Positions 1 to 7,343 of a DNA stretch of 7,343 bases are shown here, in pieces. The notes beneath the pieces were generated by a model. That model did no database searches and was not told the DNA's origin. It worked only from the letters and a program-made list of their open reading frames with translations. Origin of the DNA: Amoeboradix gromovi X-113 (Eukaryota; Fungi; Sanchytriomycota); contig JADGIF010000514.1 in assembly GCA_018985225.1 (NCBI GenBank), positions 1 to 7,343 of the forward strand, written 5' to 3'. Every line of letters starts with the position of its first letter. Position 1 is the stretch's first letter. Both the position numbers and the translations under genes were made by a program.

Positions 1-115
1 TATTAATGATAGCATTTCCTCTGTATGGTGCACCTCCTTTAAAAATGAGTTAGTCTAGTTTTTATATTTGGTGTCCCATTGCTACTCAATTTTAACGTAC
101 GGGGCAAACAAAACA

Positions 116-1866
116 ATGTCACCTGATGATGTAGCAAGACAGATGAAAGACGAGTTGACCGGTGAACTTATAAGTAAAAGCGAGTTCAAGAGACGTCAAA
201 AGCAGCGCAAAAAAGAAGCAGAAAAGAGGGAAAAGATTGAAAATCAAAAAAAAGACGGCGAACCAAGTATCAACATGGACGATTTAACTCCCAATCAATA
301 TTACGAGATTAGAACCCAAAGCGTGAAAGCTCTTCCAAAAGAAATGTACTATCCTCATAAATTTCACGTTAGCATTTCATTGCCTGATTTCATCGCCAAA
401 TACAGTCATATTAAAGAAGGCGAACGGGTTGAGGGAGATGATGTAAGCATTGCTGGTAGAATTCACTCTTTCCGAACCGCAGGATCTAAGCTAGTGTTTT
501 ACGATGTACACTGCGATGGTGTGAAAGTGCAAGCCGTGGCTAATCTAAAAGAACATCAAGGCTCTCTAGATTTTAAGACGGTACATTCTTTGATTAAACG
601 TGGTGATATAATTGGCGTTAAAGGTGTTCCAGGTAAATCAAAGGCGGGTGAGCTGTCTGTTTTTGCTGCCACAACTGAGTTACTTGCACCTTGTTGTCAC
701 ATGCTTCCAAAGGCTCAATACGGACTGAAAGATCAAGAAATTAGATATCGTCAACGATACTTGGATTTGATCATTAATGAGGATGTTAAGAATCGATTTG
801 TCAAAAGAACCAAAGTCATTCAGTACATCAGAAAGTTCTTAGATGATCGTAACTTTCTTGAAGTAGAAACTCCACAAATGAGCATGATCGCGGGTGGAGC
901 TACAGCTAAGCCTTTCATAACCCATCACAATGATTTAAATTTGGATCTATTTCTTCGTATCGCACCTGAACTATATCTTAAAATGCTAGTAGTTGGTGGA
1001 CTAGACCGTGTATATGAAATCGGGAAGCAATTTAGAAATGAAGGCATTGATTTAACACATAATCCTGAGTTTACTACTTGTGAATTCTATATGGCATATT
1101 CGGACATGTATGACTTGATGGACATGAGCGAAGAAATGATTAGCGGTATGGCCAAAGCTGTCACCGGATCTCATGTTGTTAAGTATCATCCTGATCCTGA
1201 TTCCGACAAATGTTATGAAATTGATTTTCGCGGTCCTTTTAAGAGGCTACCGATGATTCCTACACTGGAAGACAGATTGAAAACTACTTTTCCACCTGCA
1301 GATCAATTTCATACCGAGGCAGCTCGTCAGTTTTTAGATGATTTGTGTGTTAAACATCAGGTTGATTGTGGTGTACCTAGAACAGCAGCTAGATTATTAG
1401 ACAAATTAGTCGGTGATTTTATTGAGTCCGAGTGTATTAATCCTACTTTCATAACAGAGCACCCGATGATTATGAGTCCACTGGCAAAGAAGCACAGAAG
1501 CATTCCGGGTCTTTGTGAGAGATTTGAATTGTTTGTGGCGACAAAAGAGATTTGCAATGCATACACAGAATTAAACGATCCTTTTGATCAGCGAGAGAGA
1601 TTTGCGCAACAAGCCTCTGACAAGGCAGCTGGCGATGATGAGGCTCAGATGGTCGATGAAAATTTTGTGACCTCTTTGGAATATGGATTGCCTCCTACTG
1701 CTGGCTGGGGATGTGGCATCGATAGAATCTGCATGTTTCTCAGCGATGCTTGTAATATTAAAGAAGTCCTGTTCTTTCCAGGTATATTGTTGTTAATTTA
1801 GCGATGAAGCCTGAACAAGGCACCGAATTAAGTGAAAGAATGAAAACGATGAAGGTAAGTAAATAA
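116..1866 (+). CDS. KRS1: Cytosolic lysyl-tRNA synthetase (class IIb); exons 116-1781 and 1802-1866, 576 aa
   Basis: Eukaryotic basic N-terminal helix ([12 protein letters not shown]), OB-fold anticodon domain (YPHKF, RGDIIGV, GELS), motif 2 [14 protein letters not shown] and motif 3 GWGCGIDR. The first ATG is at 116; the track start at 68 is TTG. Removing the 20-nt intron restores the conserved ending [12 protein letters not shown], with TAA at 1864-1866. Confidence 0.97.
1782..1801 (+). other. 20-nt spliceosomal intron in KRS1 (phase 1)
   Basis: Sequence GTATATTGTTGTTAATTTAG with GT-AG ends. Splicing gives TTT CCA G|CG ATG AAG CCT = F-P-A-M-K-P, the conserved LysRS ending. Confidence 0.93.
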
Positions 1867-1879
1867 GAGTATCAGCATT

Positions 1880-1885
1880 TTTATT
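1880..1885 (-). terminator. Putative polyadenylation signal AATAAA overlapping the SEC5 stop codon
   Basis: The minus strand reads CAA TAA AAA. Confidence 0.35.
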
Positions 1886-4446
1886 GCTTAAAACATAAGA
1901 ACTGAATTTTTGTCGTTTTCTGAGTGTGTGATATAGTCTGTTTGACAAACTCTAATCCTTTCTGCATTGCAGTAGAGTCAAATTCCTGTTCGATAGCGGA
2001 GGTTTTTGTTTTGATTAGCTGATATAACTCTTGAAATAATGTATTGGCTCTGTCGGTGAAATAATTGGACAAAATTAAGGTTAGAAACTCAACTTCCATA
2101 AGAATTTGTAACAATCCACCTAGAGTCCAATCCGAAATGCTCTGTACTTGCTTATCAACAGCTTCTGCAAATTTCTCAACTAGAGTCTCCAACACGCGAT
2201 GCAACATCTTCTTGCTAAGCTTGATGATCTCGGTATATATTAGCACAAACTCAGTCAGTATAGTGAAAATATATGGACGAATTTCTAAATTATTAATGGT
2301 TACCTCGGGGTTCCTTGATTTTACACCAGTTAAAGAAGTCGGAGTTCCAGGTCTTTTGAATTTCTGTCTCAACAAATTTTAGCTTAAACGATATGTAAAG
2401 CTTAAATACAGACTCGTCCATGTCATTAATTAATTTGAAAACCTTCAAGGCAGCAGTAGACAATGAAGTTTGAGTTAAAAGCTGAAACTTTGCAACTAAA
2501 TCAGGCACAAGTATCTCTGCTATGATTCTAATCTGTGCCAGACATTTCAAGGGCAAAGAATTGTCAGATTGCATCTTTTCATTCGATTCGCTTACTGATC
2601 TCGTCATTTCAACTATAAAGTTATGCAAAGAATCAACAAAAACGTCTCTTATTTTGTCCAGTATGATGGGGTGAATACTGTTGCTGGCCTCACCATAGAA
2701 ACCTACATTCTCAGCACTCATTTCGCTTTCTCCTTCCGATATTGAAGAATAAGATGATAAACTTAATACATCTTTTAACACTTTTCGTTGGTATAGTGAA
2801 AACAGTGCCAGGGTAGAGTTATCAAATTCATTCGCTTCTATGATTTCGATCCCATTGCAACTCTGACCAAGCAATTTAGATTCTGAAATCCAAGCAGCAG
2901 ATGTAATCATCAAACCCTTTAATTTTATGCTTTCAAAGACACTTAGGATATTTTTAGCGCATAACTCACCGGTAGCGTACTTCATGGTGCTAATGTCTCT
3001 TTCGATCCTACTAAATTCGTTAAATATACGCTCTAAGAAATAGGAAGTTAATATTGGAGACTTTGATACGGACTCGAAAATAGATTTAGTGTCATTCAAT
3101 TGCCAAAAAGCTTCAAACTCACCAGCAATATACTTTATAATCTTATCTACTAGTTGGTGAGTCTTTTCAATTTCAGGAATGTTAGGATTATCTTTGAATT
3201 CCTTGTTTTTAAGGTTTTCACCTAAAAATACTAGTGAAAGCTTCCAAAAGTCGTTAAGTGGACCACACATAACATCTGCTATCTTTTGAGTCACATTATA
3301 AATTTTAATCCAAAAGTTATATTCCTGCATTTCTATGCCGGTAGACTCAATCGACTTAGATGTTGTAGATTTGAGAATTCTACTAATTACGAGTTTAAAC
3401 TCCTGTAAATCAACAACACGCGTAGCATTTATTTGAAAAGAACTTGGCGTAAACTCAGAAAATTCCTGTTTTATACTTCTCTCAAGTCTGTGACTTCTTT
3501 CAAGCATAAATGCCCATAAAGTGCTACCCGGAAAGTTCAATTCCATCAATAAAATCAGAGTTTCTTCTTGATCACTTCTGTCTTCTTCCAAGAGTTCCAT
3601 CAGCTCATTTTGAAGAATCTCAACTTGAGATTCGGCTGATTTCCATACCAATTTAAAAAAATCAATTTTAGACTTATTGTTCAGCTTCGCGGTTTCTTGA
3701 ATAATTAGCTCTCCTTTTTTAAAGTCTCTTACTGATAACTCGTATCTTTTTTTAATTCGGTTTTCTTTTATTTGCTTAGGCAAATCAATAAAGAATTTGA
3801 CCTTTTCCAGCGCACGCTGAGAATTCTGTACAGCCTTGATTCTTTCACTTCTGTCTAGCAATGGTTGGATTTGCTCCTTAAATTTTAATTGTGTCCCTCG
3901 AACAGACCTAGCGAAGTCAACAACTTCTTTTGGAATGTTGTCATTGTATTTTCTTTTCATTTCCTCGTTCAGTGATTCAACTGTCCGCTGTGCTAGGATA
4001 AATTGATCGAAGTGATTCCTGATAAGCGTTCTTAACTCGTCCTTGTTTTCTTCAACATCCTTCTCTAATTTCCTCATTCCTTGCACAATATCATGATAAG
4101 ATGTCTCTGAGTGCACTTTTAATAAAAACAAAAAAGCGTCAAACTGTGGATGTATGATCATCAAGTGCTGATTCTGCACGATTCCTTGAATGTTGACAGT
4201 CCCGTCTAATACAAGATTATCTTGGATATAAATAGATGTTGCTCTAGTCTTCTTCTCTTTAGAGGAACTTTGTTCTAAGACACTAGAATACACTCCAAGT
4301 GGATCAGCATCAGCTATAGTTGGTCCGGTAATGACATTATTAGTATCAACAGCAATATCATCCATTTGAATTTCAACCCAATAATCGGGATTCAAAGAAT
4401 TTATCTTATAGGTTTGAAGAATGGTAAACTCGGATACTTCAGGCAT
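1881..4446 (-). CDS. SEC5: Exocyst complex subunit Sec5/EXOC2; exons 4446-2304 and 2284-1881, about 848 aa
   Basis: Fungal Sec5-type N-terminus (ILQTYKINSLNPDYW, DPLG), conserved block FDAFLFLLKVHSETSY...LRTLIRNHFDQFI, FFIDLP and YELSVRDFKKG. The C-terminal PREIRPYIFTILTEFVLIYTEI is formed across the intron, and the protein ends TKIQFLCF. ATG is at 4446; the track start at 4464 is TTG. Confidence 0.88.
2285..2303 (-). other. 19-nt spliceosomal intron in SEC5 (phase 1)
   Basis: Minus-strand GTAACCATTAATAATTTAG. Removal joins the 723-aa and 164-aa ORF frames (CGA G|AA ATT CGT CCA TAT = R-E-I-R-P-Y). Confidence 0.88.
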
Positions 4447-4514
4447 GAGGTATACTATGATCAAGTTTGTTTCAATCCATCTATTACAATCATTGAAACC
4501 TTGCCCCTAACTTT
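4447..4514. promoter_or_regulatory. 68-nt divergent intergenic region, putative bidirectional promoter
   Basis: Lies between the head-to-head ATGs of SEC5 (4446, -) and the nucleotidyltransferase (4515, +). Contains TTGCCCC at 4501-4507. Confidence 0.55.
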
Positions 4515-5357
4515 ATGCCAGTCATTTCGCTTTCACAACAGCTTGTTAACTTTGATAAAGAGTTTGCCATGCCTACTAAAAACGAGGAACTGGCTAGGCA
4601 GCAAATAGTAAGTTATTTTCAGTCAAAAGTAGAATATTACTATAATTTAAAGTGCGATCTTTTTGGTAGCTTTTTAACTAAAACTGCAATGCCATATAGT
4701 GATATCGACCTAAATATTACATTTGATAAACCTGATCTAACCCGAGAAGCTGTAATCAAATTATTAGAGGAAATCCCCACAAAGATTGTTGGTTGGGAAT
4801 ACAATTTACTTAAAGATGCTAAAATACCTGTATTGACTATGAATAAAAAGTCTCACATCGTTCAGCTCACTTGCAATACCGGTGGAGTGTCTAAAAGCTG
4901 CTTCATGTTAACATTTATCGAGAAATTCCCAAATACGAGACTGATCATTCAACTCATTAAGCAGTTGCTTCATGAACATACCATAGATAGCATAAGCTGC
5001 GGAGGATTAAATACGTATAGCATATTTGTAATGATGATAGCATTGTTCCACCAATTCACCGATTTAGATCATAATACAAGCCATTCTAAATTATTGCTTA
5101 GGTTTCTGGAATTTTACACCTGTCTAGACTGGAACTCTGCACTTATAACTGGCAGAGGTGTATATTTTAATTCTAGGCAGAATTCCTTATTTATTGAAGA
5201 TCCAATGGAATATGGTAGGAATCTGACACATTCTAGCTGGCAGTTGGCTAAAGTCAAAGATTTGTTTTCTTATGCTCTTGACAATCTTAATAAAAATTCG
5301 CATTACCCTGCGTTTTTGAAGCTCACTCCCTACAAAGCACACGAATCAAGGATTTAA
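4515..5357 (+). CDS. Trf4/Cid1-family (pol beta-like) non-canonical poly(A)/terminal nucleotidyltransferase; minimal and divergent, 280 aa
   Basis: Signature FGSF-x7-SDIDL (G51, S52, D63, D65), AKIPVL, GGLNTYSI, LLLRFLEFY and the PAP-associated motif LFIEDP-x5-NLT. Exact orthology cannot be determined by eye. Confidence 0.88.
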   Translation: MPVISLSQQLVNFDKEFAMPTKNEELARQQIVSYFQSKVEYYYNLKCDLFGSFLTKTAMPYSDIDLNITFDKPDLTREAVIKLLEEIPTKIVGWEYNLLKDAKIPVLTMNKKSHIVQLTCNTGGVSKSCFMLTFIEKFPNTRLIIQLIKQLLHEHTIDSISCGGLNTYSIFVMMIALFHQFTDLDHNTSHSKLLLRFLEFYTCLDWNSALITGRGVYFNSRQNSLFIEDPMEYGRNLTHSSWQLAKVKDLFSYALDNLNKNSHYPAFLKLTPYKAHESRI

Positions 5358-5367
5358 CTCAAGAAAT

Positions 5368-5373
5368 AATAAA
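5368..5373 (+). terminator. Putative polyadenylation signal AATAAA
   Basis: Begins 10 nt after the nucleotidyltransferase stop. The AT-rich context lowers its specificity. Confidence 0.35.
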
Positions 5374-5412
5374 TGTTTTTAATTTTAATTATAGGAATTC
5401 ATTTACTTATTC

Positions 5413-7045
5413 TTAACGGTATGTTTGGACAATATCGTCAATCTTCATGATCATTCTTACTGTATCAGCTGCTAATTCTAGTTCACTAGTAGATACCAAC
5501 AATGGTTGTACAACATCTTCTGCCCACATATCCTCGACTGTTCCTCGTTTGACATTGATACCGGTTCCTGTATTTGATTTCTTATGTAACTTCTTTAACT
5601 GAGAGACAATTTTCAAAGGAGTCAATCCAGCATTCTCGGCCAAAGTAGTTGGAATAACTTGAACAGCATTTGCAAAGGACTCATAGCAGTGGGATTTTAA
5701 TCCAACCATCTCTCTGCTCATTTCTATCAACTTGTTACTTACTTCCATTTCTGGAGCACCACCCCCAGCAATTAAATAACTTTTCTTGACAAGGCATCTA
5801 ATAACGCACATGGCATCATGAATAGATCTTTCTGCCTCATCAACAACTAAGCTATTGGCACCGTGAACTACGATACTGGCGGTTTTACGAGTATTAGGGG
5901 ATTTAACACCATGGACTGCAACATAGGTGGCACCAGCAGATTCGACTTCAGTTACAACCTCTGCAACTGCTAACTTGTCTTCTGTGAAAGCGTCAATATC
6001 AGCAATAGGTCTACATCCTAAACTGCGACAAAGCCAGTCTACTTCTTCGCGTTCGACTTCAGTTATCACCATGATCTTCAATTTACTAAGAAAGTGCAAA
6101 CTGAGATCGGTTACGGCATCTCTCAAAATACTCTTTTGAATCAATAATACGTTGCAGCCCGATTTCTTAATAACCTTACACAAATTTAACAAATAAGCTC
6201 TTTCTTCCTTGAGTATCTTGTCCATTTGTCTATAATCATTCACAACGATGTTGTTGTCCATCTACATTAGCACAAAATACGTCAGGTTTAGGTGGAGATA
6301 ACTGAAATTGGATTAAACCAATTTTAGCCTTTTCAACACGAACAGGGCCGCCTGCAGACTTTATGATTCTTTGATTCAACACAACACCTTCTACCAAATG
6401 AGTATCTTCCATAGTTCCACCTACTTTCTTGACAGTCTTAACATCTCTTAAATCAACGAATCTGTTTTCACCAACAACTTTCAATACTGCATCTACAGAA
6501 AGGGGAGCTAATAAATGTGAGTACTGAGAGACTACCTTAGAGGACAAAGAGGTAGTGGCAGCTTTAATCAAGGTATCGCGATCTTTTAGATCTACTGGTT
6601 TGGCAACACTAGTTAGATGTTTGACAGCATCTGCAGCAGCTTCAGAAAAGGACTCTGCAATAATTGTAGGATGGATACCTTTAGACAATAGTTTTTCGGC
6701 TTCAACTAATAACGCTCCGCACAATACAACTACTGAAGTAGTTCCGTCTCCCGCTTCCACATCCTGAGCAGCAGATAGATCGACAAGCATTTTAGCAGCA
6801 GGATGAATAACGCTCATATGTTTGAGTATAGTAGCACCATCATTAGTGATGATTACAGAGCCTTCGGCAGTTTGAATCATTTTGTCCATACCTCTGGGTC
6901 CCAAACTTGTTCTTACGGCATCTGCAACAGACTTTGCAGCAATAAGATTAGATTTACGAACTTGGTCAACTTTGGAGTGGTCTTTGAATTGCGTCACCTT
7001 TCTAGCAGTTGTTGCTGTTGGAACTTGAGCCTGAAGTTGTGCCAT
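5413..7045 (-). CDS. CCT4: T-complex protein 1 subunit delta (CCT/TRiC); exons 7045-6281 and 6261-5413, 537 aa
   Basis: Chaperonin motifs [27 protein letters not shown] and GGGAPE. The delta-specific LSPPKPD|[26 protein letters not shown]...[12 protein letters not shown] is restored across the intron. ATG is at 7045; the track start at 7060 is TTG. Confidence 0.97.
6262..6280 (-). other. 19-nt spliceosomal intron in CCT4 (phase 0)
   Basis: Minus-strand GTATTTTGTGCTAATGTAG with a GCTAAT branch site. Removal gives CCT GAC|ATG GAC AAC with no gap in a highly conserved region. Confidence 0.95.
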
Positions 7046-7080
7046 TCTTGCTTGTGTCAAGGGACGAAAAATATAACAAT

Positions 7081-7200
7081 CGTCAGATGCTCCTCGTTAA
7101 AAGTCCTGATTTCCCGAGAAAATCGAGAATTTCCACAGAGCAACTTAAAGTCACTCCGTTACAGTGATTGCTCACGCTTTCACTACTCTGAGGCGGGATT
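7081..7200 (-). ncRNA. Candidate omegaRNA scaffold / transposon right end of the Fanzor-like element
   Basis: Lies directly 3' of the RuvC-III motif and contains several hand-paired stems: CAGAGUAG/UUGCUCUG or GAGCAA/UUGCUC, UCACU/AGUGA, UUCUCGA/UCGGGAA, and UCAG/CUGA enclosing CUUUU/AGGAG. Boundaries are approximate. Confidence 0.4.
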
Positions 7201-7343
7201 GAATAAGGATGCATATATTTGTATATACTCCTTGCTACCATATGATCTATATCTACCTCCAAATGACAATTGGTAAAGGTGTGAGTTTCTAAGTTGGTTT
7301 TCTTTAGAGCACCGCACCTTGTACATGTCTGACTAGTAAATGA
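7083..7343 (-). pseudogene. 3' part of a TnpB/Fanzor-like RNA-guided nuclease gene (zinc finger plus RuvC-III), probably decayed; truncated by the window edge
   Basis: The frame is open from 7343 to TGA at 7085-7083 and begins SFTSQTCTRCGALKKTNLETHTFTNCHLEVDIDHMVARSIYKY. This matches the TnpB/Fanzor2 pattern YTSxxCxxCG-x(n)-YxCxxC-x4-DRDxNAARNI, with several conserved residues one base away from consensus. Confidence 0.75.

Noticed and set aside
1-58. Open + frame ending in TAG at 56-58 (possible end of an upstream gene), or a minus-strand ATG at 15
   Set aside because: Too short, with no recognisable motif to support either reading.
68-115. TTG-initiated N-terminal extension of KRS1 as a mitochondrial targeting peptide
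   Set aside because: Only 16 residues, with no arginines and no presequence character.
1855-1875. Possible second KRS1 intron GTAAGTAAATAAGAGTATCAG (21 nt), giving an alternative tail HFYCLKHKN* that overlaps SEC5
   Set aside because: It has a perfect donor but lacks the TAATNTAG end shared by the supported introns, and no conserved sequence requires it. It cannot be excluded without RNA data.
4608-4622. In-frame 15-nt GTAAGTTATTTTCAG
   Set aside because: No branch motif, and the encoded residues fit the expected N-terminal helix of the family.
5158-5176. Intron-like 19-mer GTGTATATTTTAATTCTAG in the nucleotidyltransferase
   Set aside because: Removal would frameshift away the conserved IEDP motif, and the unspliced GRGVYF fits the family.
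2285-6280. Split SEC5 and CCT4 ORFs read as pseudogenes, programmed frameshifts, sequencing errors or stop-codon reassignment
   Set aside because: Each break is exactly explained by a GT-AG segment with a shared consensus, and TAA serves as the normal stop in all four genes.
1357-6767. Small ORFs 1357-1566, 2065-2382, 4366-4608, 5927-6139 and 6555-6767
   Set aside because: Antisense or off-frame shadows of well-supported genes.
6803-7276. 157-aa + strand ORF
   Set aside because: Antisense to CCT4 and the Fanzor-like segment, with no recognisable motifs; treated as a shadow ORF.

Overview
Eukaryotic, fungal-like, very gene-dense DNA. It holds four housekeeping genes: cytosolic lysyl-tRNA synthetase (+, 116-1866), exocyst subunit Sec5 (-, 4446-1881), a short divergent Trf4/Cid1-family nucleotidyltransferase (+, 4515-5357) and chaperonin CCT4/TCP1-delta (-, 7045-5413). 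They are separated by only 14, 68 and 55 nt. Three genes are each split by one ultrasmall 19-20 nt GT-AG intron of the form GTA...TAAT(T/G)TAG, which explains the broken ORFs in the track. The right edge (7343-7083, - strand, absent from the ORF track) reads as the C-terminal zinc finger and RuvC-III motif of a TnpB/Fanzor nuclease (FTSQTCTRCG...TFTNCHLEVDIDHMVARSIY). It looks eroded and is followed by a hairpin-rich stretch in the position expected for an omegaRNA, ending about 35 nt upstream of the CCT4 start. All family calls come from motif recognition by eye; no searches were run.
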